Shown here in pieces: positions 1 to 9,759 of a stretch of 47,431 nucleotides of DNA. The translations under genes and the position numbers were made by a program. This DNA is from Chitinophaga pinensis (GTDB lineage Bacteria; Bacteroidota; Bacteroidia; SXHM01), in the NCBI GenBank assembly GCA_945889235.1, contig CAMDBK010000003.1, positions 1-47,431 of the forward strand. Direction: 5' to 3'. The notes under the pieces are model-generated. The model did no database searches, was not told the origin of the DNA, and was given only the letters and a program-made list of their open reading frames with translations. How positions within the stretch are numbered: position 1 is the stretch's first letter; each line of letters opens with the position of its first letter.

Positions 1-73
1 TTTTTAAAAAAAACATTTATCTATAAAAAATTATTGCCTTGAAAAAATTATACAGTTCAAAACAAATGTAGTA

Positions 74-81
74 TATATTCG
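74..81 (+). promoter_or_regulatory. Possible Bacteroidota -7 promoter element (TATATTCG variant)
   Basis: One mismatch to TAnnTTTG, 22 nt upstream of the TTG start at 104. Confidence 0.35.
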
Positions 82-103
82 TACATTAATTTTTTAAAGA
101 AAT

Positions 104-844
104 TTGAAACTTTCTATAGTTATTCCTATTCATAATGAAGAAGGCAATATAGGAGAACTTATTGACCAAATTCATTATGAGTTAAAAAACATTGACCATG
201 AACTAATCCTTATAGATGATGGTTCTTCAGACAATACTGTGAATGAAATTCTTAAAAAAAAAGAGTGCTTTTCAAAATTGATTTTATTAACCAGAAAGTA
301 TGGACAAAGTACTGCCCTGAAAGCGGGATTGGATTATTGCTCAGGAGAATTAATTTGTATTCTTGACGGGGATTTGCAAAACAATCCTACAGAGATAGTG
401 CTGCTGATTTCGGAAATAAAAAAAAATAAAATTGATATGATTCAAGGCTTTAGAAAAAAAAGGCAAGATTCTGCATCAAAAAAAATAGCAAGTAAAGGGG
501 CAAATTATTTTATCCAATTACTATTTAAAACAAAGCTAAATGATGTAGGATGTTCATTGAAAATTTTTAAAAGGGAAATACTTAGTTCATTCATTTATTT
601 TGATGGCTTTCATCGGTTAATACCTTTGATTGCTCAAATAAAAGGATATACTGTTGCTGAAATGGGAGTATCGCATTTGCCAAGAAAGAGAGGAAAATCA
701 AAGTATGGAATAAGCAGATTTTTTAGTGTACTAATTCATTTGCTAAAGCTTAAGTTTATTCCAGAATCATTAAATCACGAAATAGTTTATTTAGTAAAGA
801 ATAAAAAAGTAACTTCAAGTTTGCAAGAACAACTAAAAGTTTAA
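104..844 (+). CDS. GT2 glycosyltransferase, DPM1/ArnC/GtrB-like polyprenyl-phosphate sugar transferase (short form without C-terminal TM helices)
   Basis: LSIVIPIHNEEGNI, ILIDDGSSDNT, RKYGQSTALKAG, DGDLQN, GFRKKRQDS, DVGCSLK, H-x-P-R-x-x-G-x-S-K-Y motifs; TTG start. Confidence 0.9.
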   Translation: MKLSIVIPIHNEEGNIGELIDQIHYELKNIDHELILIDDGSSDNTVNEILKKKECFSKLILLTRKYGQSTALKAGLDYCSGELICILDGDLQNNPTEIVLLISEIKKNKIDMIQGFRKKRQDSASKKIASKGANYFIQLLFKTKLNDVGCSLKIFKREILSSFIYFDGFHRLIPLIAQIKGYTVAEMGVSHLPRKRGKSKYGISRFFSVLIHLLKLKFIPESLNHEIVYLVKNKKVTSSLQEQLKV

Positions 845-851
845 TTTTAAT

Positions 852-1712
852 ATGAGTATACCAAAACCAGACTTCAAAATTTTAAAAAATAAAAAACAGA
901 ATGATGAACTCATTAAGAACGGATATATTGTTCTGCCAATTCTTGATGAAGAAGAAGTTTCTTTTTTCAAGAAGCTTTATAAAAAATGGCATCCAAAACC
1001 ACCCGATGAATTTTATAAATCCTATTTTAGTCAAAACAAAGAATATAAGCATGAAGTTGAGGATGCAATAATCAGTCATTTCAATCCTAAATTAAAAAAA
1101 TATTTTGAAGATAATATTACCTGTGGTGGAATGTTTGTTGTAAAACCAAAAGGTGAAAAAGGACATTTAAATCCACATCAAGACTGGAGCTTGGTAGATG
1201 AAACTAAAAACTGGTCGCTGAATGCATGGTGTCCGCTAATTAATGCAGAAGGAGAAAATGGAAATATGCAAATGTTACCGGGAAGTCATCTTTTTATGAA
1301 AAGCGAAAGAGGTGGCGGCACTCCTTTATTGTATGACCATCTTTGTGATGTAATAACTCCCAACTTAATTGATATACCCATGAAAGCAGGAGAAGCAATT
1401 TTCTTTTTTCACGGGATTGTTCATTGTTCAACAGATAATACAAAAAACGAAGAACGTGTTTGTGTTGGTATGTCACTTATTCAAAAAGATGCGCAACTCT
1501 ATTATTTTTCGCTTAAAGAAAATGAAACCCAACTTAATAAGTTCAAAGTTGACTCTGATTTTTATATTAATTTTGTAAGTAATCAAGATATGTTATTTGA
1601 AAAAGCTATGTATATAGGTAAAAGCAACATCCCAATTTTGATGTTTACAAAGGATGAATTGCTTGAGCATATTCAAAAATTTAATACTGAAGTGAAGTTA
1701 TCTTATTCTTAA
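852..1712 (+). CDS. Phytanoyl-CoA dioxygenase (PhyH)-family Fe(II)/2OG dioxygenase, copy 1
   Basis: PHQDW, NAWCPL, NGNMQMLPGSH, GEAIFFFHGIVHCS, downstream Arg (EERV). Confidence 0.9.
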   Translation: MSIPKPDFKILKNKKQNDELIKNGYIVLPILDEEEVSFFKKLYKKWHPKPPDEFYKSYFSQNKEYKHEVEDAIISHFNPKLKKYFEDNITCGGMFVVKPKGEKGHLNPHQDWSLVDETKNWSLNAWCPLINAEGENGNMQMLPGSHLFMKSERGGGTPLLYDHLCDVITPNLIDIPMKAGEAIFFFHGIVHCSTDNTKNEERVCVGMSLIQKDAQLYYFSLKENETQLNKFKVDSDFYINFVSNQDMLFEKAMYIGKSNIPILMFTKDELLEHIQKFNTEVKLSYS

Positions 1713-1728
1713 GCTTTCTACTGCTGAT

Positions 1729-2949
1729 ATGTCTTCCTATATTAAATGTCTAAATCTTTCTAAGCTTTACCATTTAAGCGGTAATACTAATCTAGAACAA
1801 TCCCAAACAGGAATATTAGGAGAAAATAGAATAAAGGATAACAAACTTTTTGCTTTAGATGATGTGTCATTTTATTTAAATGAAGGTGATAAGTTGGGTG
1901 TAATAGGGATGAATGGAGCAGGGAAATCTACTTTATTAAAAATCATTTCTGGTTTATTAAAGCCATCATCAGGGAGAATAGAAATTTCAGGAAATATTAC
2001 AGCGCTAATTGAACAAACATCTCTTCTTTTCCCTGAAATGACCGGGATAGAGAATATTTTTCTTCAGGGAAGTTTATTGGGTTATAATAATGATTTCATT
2101 CAAAGCAAAGTAGCTTCTATTATTGAATATTCAGGACTTCAACAATATATAAACGAGCCCGTAAAGAATTATTCAAGTGGTATGTCACTCAGACTTTCTT
2201 TTGCACTTATAAATGAATTAGCTCCTGAAATTTTAGTGCTTGATGAAGCTCTTAGTCCAAGTGATAAAGAATTTAGGCAACAAGCAACACTTTCAATAAA
2301 CGAACTTTTTAAAAAATCAAAAATTGTTATCCTTGCCAGCCACCAAATGGAAGAAATTGCTTCATTATGCAATAAATGTATGATATTAAATCAAGGTAAA
2401 GTATCTTTCTTTGGTGATATTGAATCAGCAATTTCATTATACTTTTCACAAAGCAAAATGGCAAATCTTGCTGAAGAAAATAATTTGTTTTCGGTAACAG
2501 AAATTAGTTTTTCAACCAATAAAAGTATTTTCCATACCGGTGAAAAAATTGGAATAAACATTTCATACATTAACAACCTGTCAGATGAAGAGATTTTACC
2601 TTTAATAAATATAACAGGCAGCTTTGGTCCGGTTTTAACTGACAGCCCTCTTTACAGAAAAGATTTCACCAATTATAAAATTAGTAACGGCAGTTGTACT
2701 TGTTACATTGAGATTCCATCTGATTTAATAAACATTGGGAAATATATTATTTCATTCACATTTGGAAACAGCAAAGAAATTTTTTTGCAAATGGATAATG
2801 TCTTATCTTTTAATATTATACCAAATGAATGGGAAAAAAGCAAACCGTGGGTAAGCATGGAGTATAACTTCCCTGTGAGATTCCCCTTAAAGTGGAACTT
2901 TGAAACAAAAAAAAGTAAGCCCGATACCCTATATAGTGCTACAACATAA
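1729..2949 (+). CDS. wzt: Polysaccharide ABC exporter ATP-binding subunit with C-terminal Wzt_C-like domain
   Basis: ALDDVSF, Walker A GMNGAGKST, signature YSSGMSLRL, VLDEAL, ASH; about 160-aa beta-rich C-terminal extension. Confidence 0.9.
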   Translation: MSSYIKCLNLSKLYHLSGNTNLEQSQTGILGENRIKDNKLFALDDVSFYLNEGDKLGVIGMNGAGKSTLLKIISGLLKPSSGRIEISGNITALIEQTSLLFPEMTGIENIFLQGSLLGYNNDFIQSKVASIIEYSGLQQYINEPVKNYSSGMSLRLSFALINELAPEILVLDEALSPSDKEFRQQATLSINELFKKSKIVILASHQMEEIASLCNKCMILNQGKVSFFGDIESAISLYFSQSKMANLAEENNLFSVTEISFSTNKSIFHTGEKIGINISYINNLSDEEILPLINITGSFGPVLTDSPLYRKDFTNYKISNGSCTCYIEIPSDLINIGKYIISFTFGNSKEIFLQMDNVLSFNIIPNEWEKSKPWVSMEYNFPVRFPLKWNFETKKSKPDTLYSATT

Positions 2950-3026
2950 ACTTTCTGAGACAACTGTTCTTTTCAAGATGTAGTTTTATAATTAATTATT
3001 AGTTTCATTCTATGTGAGAAAAATTT

Positions 3027-3974
3027 ATGAAAATAATTGAAGTTATCAAACAGATTTTTAAAAAACAACAACCGTTAGCCAATCCTGCTATTGAGTTGCG
3101 GAGAGATTCATTTTTCTTAGATAAGAATAAACATGACCAATTTTTGGAAAACGGATGGTGCACTGTTGAAAATGTAGTTAAAAATGAAGAAATAAAAATA
3201 TTTTTGGATACCTTTAATGAAATATCAAAACTGGATGGATTTGAATTGGATAAAAACTTATTAAACAGCGGAAGATTATTTAATCCTGAAATAAGAACAA
3301 AAACAAAGGATGTAATAAATTTAAATGCAAAAACAATTTTGCCGCGAATATTTAATATGGAAAAAGTGGCAGATCATACAGGTGGAGCATATCAGGTAAA
3401 ACCCCCGCATCCAAACAGCGATTTGCAAATACATCAGGATAGCACTGTAATTGATGAACAGAAGGATTATTGCTTATTTATTTGGATTCCCTTTTGCGAT
3501 GTAACAGAATTAAATGGCCCGATATGGGTGTTGCCCGGCAGTCATTTATGGGGAAATATCCAACGCTCTCTGGGAGTCCCTTGGAACTTTCTTAAACATA
3601 TTGATACCTTGAGAAAATATATGCACCCTGTACTTGTTAACAAAGGAGATATAATGATTTTCGATCCGGCACTTATCCATTCATCAGCCCCGAATTTGTC
3701 AACAGAAATACGTCATGCAATTACAATAACTGTTTTAAGAAAAAACTATCAATTAGTCTATTATTATAAAAACAAAAATGGAAAACAAAATAAAATAGAA
3801 AAATACGATGTAAATGAAACCTTTTACTATGACTATGATTTTATTTCGAAGCCTGATGAAACAAAATGGAATAAGACGATAGTTGATTACCAACCTTTTG
3901 ATCTTAAAAAAAGCGAATTACTAACTCTAATTAAGAAATATTTGCCTGTTAATTATTCACGCTCTTTTAAATAA
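3027..3974 (+). CDS. PhyH-family Fe(II)/2OG dioxygenase, copy 2
   Basis: IHQDS, IWIPFCDVTELNGPIWVLPGSH, GDIMIFDPALIHSS, EIRHA. Confidence 0.9.
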   Translation: MKIIEVIKQIFKKQQPLANPAIELRRDSFFLDKNKHDQFLENGWCTVENVVKNEEIKIFLDTFNEISKLDGFELDKNLLNSGRLFNPEIRTKTKDVINLNAKTILPRIFNMEKVADHTGGAYQVKPPHPNSDLQIHQDSTVIDEQKDYCLFIWIPFCDVTELNGPIWVLPGSHLWGNIQRSLGVPWNFLKHIDTLRKYMHPVLVNKGDIMIFDPALIHSSAPNLSTEIRHAITITVLRKNYQLVYYYKNKNGKQNKIEKYDVNETFYYDYDFISKPDETKWNKTIVDYQPFDLKKSELLTLIKKYLPVNYSRSFK

Positions 3975-4009
3975 ATTTGTCTGCTATATGATTCGTAGAT
4001 TTAAAAAAA

Positions 4010-5698
4010 TCACTTCATTTCATATAGCGTTAGTTCTCCGGTAAAACCTCTTAGTTTGAGTTGTAAACTATCTGCTTTGTTAATTATGGGAGCGCTATCA
4101 ATTTCATAATTCTTCCCCCATATTTCAGATAAATATTTTTTAAGTACATCCATCCTTTTTTCTTCGTCAAGAAGCAATACTTTACAATCCTTCTTTAACA
4201 AAAAATCATAAAAAGAATAAATGTTTCCAGGATTACAGTTACATTCTTTTTCAAGGAATGGGCGGTACCAAGGTGATAAATGAGATGCGTAATAATTAAA
4301 AAAATAAAAATTTTTAAAATACTTTTTTTGATAGAATGTTTCATATGGTCGGTTTTTAGTTACAAAGCCATCATTAATAACTAAAACCGCATCTCCATGA
4401 TTTTTACTAAGTAATTCAAATGAGTTTTTAAACTCTTGTGTTTCTTTTTTAGAAAATTCTATTTTTTGCCAAATGTAATAACCACTTAACGGAATAATCA
4501 GAAGAAGAAATACAATAAGATAAATGATATTTACTTTCTTGTAAAATAAATTGGGCTTATGTAATACAATTATTGTATAAAGAAACAATACCTGAAATGG
4601 TACCAAAAACCTGTTTTCCATTTTGATAAAACAAATGGCAAAAAGCACTGAATAGAAAAATAAAAACAATAAGAATGTTTTGAATTTATAGTGCTTTAAT
4701 TCAGCGCCTCCCAAAAAAACATAAAACAGGATTAATATAATATCAGCAACAATGAAATGAATATTTTCGAGCATTGCACCACCAAAAACATATACAGCAT
4801 AATATAGCTGGCTTGTACTGAATTTACTGAGATTGGTAAAAATTCCTATTCTTTTATAAAACTCAGGAGTTAAGTTAATCTCATCTGCTATAATATTATT
4901 TTTTACTGCCATATATTTTAGGGAATCTAAATGGTTTTCTAAATTTAAATCAGGCTTATAAGCTCCTACAAATTGGAGTTTAAATTCGGTATTATAAAGA
5001 AAATAATAATTAAGGTCGTGGTCGTAATTTGTCCAGAAAACCACATTGCAGTAATAGAGAAAGAAGAGAATAAATGCTAAATAAAAAGGCAGCAGTGGTT
5101 TTAATGATTTTCCATGTAGGAAAAATGCAGCAGAAACAAAAATAAGCACAAACAAATGCACGTTACATCGTATCCAAAGAGCTATAATAAAAAGCAGAAA
5201 AAAAGGAATCATTTTCTTGTTTAAATAATTTTTTTCGTCAGCAACAATTAGTCCCGATAAAGCTGCTATTCCGGCAAACATGGTAATACGTACCATGTGA
5301 TAAAGTACAACCGATTCAAAAAACAATACTGATAGGAATAATATAAGCAGAATTCTTGATAAAAGTGGCATCTCTTTAGTATGCTTAATAACCTGAAAGA
5401 ATAATATCCATATTGAAATGAATAATAATGAGTTTAAAAAAAAGGCTACCCAATGTATTGGATAAATTAATCCAAGCCAGTTAAATAAATAGGCAGAACC
5501 ACGCATGTATTCTGGAAAGGGATCGTAAGCAGCTGGTAAATAATAGTCAGTTAATTCACCTGAAGCAACAGAATCGTAAAAGTGCTGGTAATTATCTGTC
5601 CACCACCCTATTGTTAAATAACTTCCTGCAAATAATGATATGGTTAATAGTAATGCTTGTAACCAAACTTTTTCTTTAATATATTCTAATGGTTTCAT
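4010..5698 (-). CDS. Polytopic integral membrane protein, possibly GT-C-fold transferase
   Basis: About 10-11 hydrophobic segments, an acidic first loop (WWTDNYQHFYD), a large internal loop and a soluble C-terminal domain; the GT-C assignment is inference. Confidence 0.55.
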   Translation of the reverse strand: MKPLEYIKEKVWLQALLLTISLFAGSYLTIGWWTDNYQHFYDSVASGELTDYYLPAAYDPFPEYMRGSAYLFNWLGLIYPIHWVAFFLNSLLFISIWILFFQVIKHTKEMPLLSRILLILFLSVLFFESVVLYHMVRITMFAGIAALSGLIVADEKNYLNKKMIPFFLLFIIALWIRCNVHLFVLIFVSAAFFLHGKSLKPLLPFYLAFILFFLYYCNVVFWTNYDHDLNYYFLYNTEFKLQFVGAYKPDLNLENHLDSLKYMAVKNNIIADEINLTPEFYKRIGIFTNLSKFSTSQLYYAVYVFGGAMLENIHFIVADIILILFYVFLGGAELKHYKFKTFLLFLFFYSVLFAICFIKMENRFLVPFQVLFLYTIIVLHKPNLFYKKVNIIYLIVFLLLIIPLSGYYIWQKIEFSKKETQEFKNSFELLSKNHGDAVLVINDGFVTKNRPYETFYQKKYFKNFYFFNYYASHLSPWYRPFLEKECNCNPGNIYSFYDFLLKKDCKVLLLDEEKRMDVLKKYLSEIWGKNYEIDSAPIINKADSLQLKLRGFTGELTLYEMK

Positions 5699-5707
5699 TC
5701 TAAAATT

Positions 5708-6418
5708 TTATCGTTCTCTAAGTTTCTTCAACCCCGTTTGAACGTAGGGTGAAACACTTATTAGTTTAGTTAGAAGTTGCGATACTATTATTAATAGTTT
5801 AGGCATAGGTCTAATAAAATCAACATAAAGCACTACTCTTTCTAACGCGGAATTATTCCATACTTCATGTAAGTAGGTATCGTCAAAAATTAATGATTTT
5901 CCATTTTCCCAATGGTAAGTTTTGTCTTCTATTCTGATTCCACATTGATTAAATGAATCAGGGATTTTTACTCCAAAATGAAATCTCAAATAACCTTTAT
6001 AGGCTCCGCGATGCCGTTTTACATGAGCCCCTGGTTCTAAAACAGAAAAAAAGGCAGTTGTAAGTAATGGTATTTCTTTAAGTAGCCTTGCTGTTTCAGG
6101 GCATTCCTCAAGGTTTGAATTTATTTTATTTCCGTAGATATAGAATGGAAAAAAATGCCATTTATTTGTTTCAACTACTGGTTTTTGTTCATCTGATATT
6201 TCTGCAATATCCGGGAAATAATTTTTTCTTTTGACTTGAATAAATTCTTCTAAAATAATTTTATGATTGTTTTCAAATGAGCTAACCCATTTAAATTCTG
6301 AGCTATTAACAACAGGGATATTTAATATTTTTTTTTTTATAATTGCTTCAATCAGCCGGATTATTGCTTTTCCCGGATACACAAGCAGGGTATAAAAGAA
6401 TGATTTTTTGTTTTCCAT
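5708..6418 (-). CDS. Aspartyl/asparaginyl beta-hydroxylase family 2OG oxygenase (LpxO/OlsC-like)
   Basis: CPET, AFFSVLEPGAHVKRHRG, LRFHFG, WENGKSLIFDDTYLHEVWN, RVVLYVDFIRP. Confidence 0.88.
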   Translation of the reverse strand: MENKKSFFYTLLVYPGKAIIRLIEAIIKKKILNIPVVNSSEFKWVSSFENNHKIILEEFIQVKRKNYFPDIAEISDEQKPVVETNKWHFFPFYIYGNKINSNLEECPETARLLKEIPLLTTAFFSVLEPGAHVKRHRGAYKGYLRFHFGVKIPDSFNQCGIRIEDKTYHWENGKSLIFDDTYLHEVWNNSALERVVLYVDFIRPMPKLLIIVSQLLTKLISVSPYVQTGLKKLRER

Positions 6419-6473
6419 TCTATGCCACTTTTTTTAATTTACAGCAGAGAAATAATCAATTGAGAATCTGAAT

Positions 6474-7121
6474 TCACAGGTTTTCTTGAGAAACTATTTT
6501 CTTAATTGCCCTGCCTGGATTTCCGGCTATTAAATAGCTCGTGTCTATATTTTTTGTCACTACACTTCCAACACCTACAAATGAATATCCGGCAATTATT
6601 ACCCCTGGCTTAAAACTTGCACCTATTCCGATAGTTGAAAACTTCCCAATAGTAGTATCTGACATACAAACGTTTCCACTCACAAGAACATACTCTCCAA
6701 TAACTGAACCGTGACCTAAACTGGCATTTGTATAAATTATGCTTCCTCTGCCAATTGAACAGCCATTACCTATAGCTGCATGGTGAAGAATTATTACACC
6801 TGTTTTATCAATAAAAACATATTTGCCAACCAATGCTCTAGTAGATATATAATTTGAATTCACTCCTCCAAGGGTTTCAAATTTTTCAGCTATTTTTTCT
6901 CTAGTAATATTATCACCAATTCCAACAATAAATCTGGAATCATTTTTTTTAAAGTACTCTTTTGCTTCAGCTAAACTTGTTAATATTCTATAATTTTTTT
7001 TTATATATTCTTTAGAAGGTATCTCAGTATCATTATAAAAACACAAATCATCGAACCCTTCATCAAATTGAAATGAAGAAAGTATATCTGAAGCCAGGCC
7101 GCCTGTTCCTATGATTAACAT
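6474..7121 (-). CDS. NeuD/PglD-family sugar O/N-acetyltransferase (hexapeptide repeat)
   Basis: LIIGTGGLA, FIVGIGDN..R, left-handed beta-helix repeats with a His (ASLGHGSVIG), C-terminal AGNPGRAIK. Confidence 0.88.
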   Translation of the reverse strand: MLIIGTGGLASDILSSFQFDEGFDDLCFYNDTEIPSKEYIKKNYRILTSLAEAKEYFKKNDSRFIVGIGDNITREKIAEKFETLGGVNSNYISTRALVGKYVFIDKTGVIILHHAAIGNGCSIGRGSIIYTNASLGHGSVIGEYVLVSGNVCMSDTTIGKFSTIGIGASFKPGVIIAGYSFVGVGSVVTKNIDTSYLIAGNPGRAIKKIVSQENL

Positions 7122-7801
7122 TATTTGTTTTTATATAAATATTTTAACGTTTTGAATGCGTAAAAAACTCTCCTTAACATTGTCCATGAAGATTTGTCAA
7201 ATTTATCAATTATTCTTTCGGTAGGTAAGTAAAATGTTTGTTTGCTTACTCTTAATGCCTCTAATTGCAAAAAAATATTTGAAAAATCTTTCTGCAATAA
7301 TTTTTTCTTAATACTCTCATTAAATAAACCATAATCAAACCCACCTTCAGGCATTTTCTTTTCAAACAAAGATAATATCTTAAAAAACATTCTTGAAAGC
7401 AGCACTACAAAACCACTGTCACTTCGAACAGCCCTGTAACCAACAGCTAGATCATATCCATCCTGAATTGCATTGTAAAGCAAGGGGATGGTATGAAACG
7501 AGTTTTGCATATCACATGAGTAAATAGCAATAGTTTCACTTTTTGAAAACTTTAGTCCCGTTTCAATAGCTTTTAATTGACCTTGATTTTTTTGATGCCC
7601 GATTATTTTTATGAATGGGTCAGAAATAGTATTCAGTATTTGAAGAGATTCATCGGTGCTGCAATCATCAACACAAATTATTTCATAGTTAATAGTATGC
7701 AAATCATTTCCAATAACTTTTTTTATAGTTGAAAGAACATGTGCAATGGAATTTTGCTTGTTATATACAGGTAGAATTATGGAAAGTTTAATCGTAGTCA
7801 A
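7121..7801 (-). CDS. GT2 glycosyltransferase, short DPM1/GtrB-like
   Basis: LSIILPVYN, CVDDCSTDES, NQGQLKAIETG, SCDMQN, GYDLAVGYR; stop codon overlaps the acetyltransferase start. Confidence 0.85.
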   Translation of the reverse strand: MTTIKLSIILPVYNKQNSIAHVLSTIKKVIGNDLHTINYEIICVDDCSTDESLQILNTISDPFIKIIGHQKNQGQLKAIETGLKFSKSETIAIYSCDMQNSFHTIPLLYNAIQDGYDLAVGYRAVRSDSGFVVLLSRMFFKILSLFEKKMPEGGFDYGLFNESIKKKLLQKDFSNIFLQLEALRVSKQTFYLPTERIIDKFDKSSWTMLRRVFYAFKTLKYLYKNK

Positions 7802-7901
7802 AATCTGTTTTTTCTGTTAGCAAAACTTTATATTAGTAAAAGCATAGCTATAGAAAAATCACAAGGACTTTGTTGCTTAACAATTTATCTAATAAATTAT
7901 T

Positions 7902-9671
7902 TTATCTGATAAATATATGTTTTTTTCTGTAAACAAGTATATTATTTTGATCATACCCTTCAATGATGTAAACCCCAGATGTCTCAATTCCTGAGTTTGG
8001 AATAACGGTTCCAAAAATATCATGAATAAGCCAATTGTAGCGTGCTGGTAAAATTATATCGCCAATCTTTTGTATGGTAGAAAGAGCTATGTTCGGGTTA
8101 TTATTTTCTGATATTCCAATTGTAATATTTTTTTCTGTTACTCTCCATGCTCCTGTATAACCAGTTTTAATCCAGGCAGATATTTCATCAAGGCTATCTG
8201 AATACGAAAGGGGTAGGCTAAGTTCCTGCTGAACATATTTTAAATTTCCAATTGTCCAAAATACAAGCCCGGAATTAGTATGTGTTAATTTTATTGAATC
8301 TGAAAAAGATACTTCAATAGGTTCAAATGAAAGTATTCTTTCTTCATCAATAAATTCCATCATTGCAACATACATTGTACCGGTAAGATATATTCCTGCA
8401 ACTTTAGTATTAGTCCAGGGATTCCAGATTTGAAATTTTTCATAACTATTAGTTTCAATAGTATCACCTTGATTATCCACAGTAATACTATTGCCATTAC
8501 AGTTACCATGTGTTGTTAAAAGATATCTTCCATCGGCACTCCATTTTGCATAACCTTTACAAATACTTTGCACACCTATATCTGGAGTTTGCCAAATAAG
8601 TTCAGATTTATTGCCAACTACTTCCCATACCTGATGCCTGCCCCCTACAGCATCATTTTCGGGTTTATTATTATAAGTAGCAATAAAGGTAGTATCACCC
8701 TGAACAAATGCACTTGCCCCATGGCATGCATCTAATTGGTTAGTTGTTATTGTTTCTAAATACAATGAATTGTTATTTCTTTGGGGATACCCGAACATCC
8801 AAATAGGTGATATAGATGTATTAACACCATCCCAAAATAATTTATTTATAATTCCCGGATGTCTGGAAGAGGCATATATATTAACTCCGTTACCAGATTC
8901 AGTTTGAGGTTCAATTACATTAATGTGCGGGTGTGAATAGTATTTAAGTCCGCTGGGTAAGGTCTGTAGATGTTTAGGTAATCCAAAGTTTTCCAATGTG
9001 TAACCTTGATGTTAAGGTTCCCATCTAGCTAGTTCAATATTGTTGATTGCATCAATAATATGCAGGGTTGAAAACCGAACACGCATGCTGTCCTGATCTA
9101 TCCAACTTCCTGAGGCATCATACCATTCAAGGTGTGTGCCTATGGCAAGAATATAGTCACTGCCATTTAAATTAAAAGCATTACTATTATGAACATCGTA
9201 TAGAATGGATGTATTGTATTGCCTGCCATGATACATATAGGAATAAGGAATACTCATTGTTACTGTATTTGTCAGGTTGAGAAGCGAATCAAAGGTCATT
9301 ATAGATTCAAACCCTGTTGGCTGTAGTGGTACATCTATTGCTGTGTTTATTTTTGCCACTGACCATGAACTTCCGTTATTAACTGAGCCGAGTAAAAAAA
9401 GTTGGTTGAAACCCGACACGAGCGTATCAGTAGGATAGGGATAGTCAAGCAAACGTTTAAATTTTTTTGCAGGATCAACTATGCCTATAAAATTAGTATC
9501 AATTCCATTAGCAAAGGTTATTGCTCCTATATTTAATAATGGTAAATTTTGAAGCTCTGTAGAATCATATACAGTAACATAGTTATTAATGTCGTTAATA
9601 AAGTAAGGAGTTTGAGATTTTACCTTAGTAAAAAAAGAAAAGAAAAGAATTGTAAAAAATAATTTTTTCAT
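7902..9671 (-). pseudogene. Secreted arylsulfotransferase (ASST)-like gene of about 590 codons, interrupted by one in-frame TAA at 9014-9012 (track ORFs 9012..9671 and 7902..8996)
   Basis: The two ORFs share a frame (...ARWEP*HQGYTLENFG...). Signal peptide MKKLFFTILFFSFFTKVKSQ; ASST-like motifs DVHN, HIN, SSRH, IWMFG, CH..F...YNN; degenerate T9SS-like tail GVYIIEG...KKHIFIR. Confidence 0.7.
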
Positions 9672-9726
9672 GATAGACTAATTAATTAATTAATTCAATG
9701 TAAAAAAATATGTGTCAGCATAATCC

Positions 9727-9734
9727 TACTTTTG
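9727..9734 (+). promoter_or_regulatory. Bacteroidota -7 element TACTTTTG for the SDR/DprE1-like operon
   Basis: Exact TAnnTTTG, 25 nt before the ATG at 9760. Confidence 0.6.
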
Positions 9735-9740
9735 GGGCGT

Positions 9741-9748
9741 CAAAACTA
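9741..9748 (-). promoter_or_regulatory. Bacteroidota -7 element TAGTTTTG for the leftward block (ASST-like gene to membrane protein)
   Basis: Exact TAnnTTTG on the minus strand, 69 nt upstream of the ATG at 9671; forms an inverted repeat with 9727-9734. Confidence 0.5.
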
Positions 9749-9759
9749 GGAAAATAATT

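Noticed and set aside
9012-9014. Genetic-code reassignment or programmed read-through of TAA
   Set aside because: TAA is the usual terminator of most genes in the window, and it is the least leaky stop; a point mutation or sequencing error is simpler.
9679-9695. (TAAT)4 palindromic run upstream of the ASST-like gene
   Set aside because: Low-complexity AT sequence, expected by chance at this composition.
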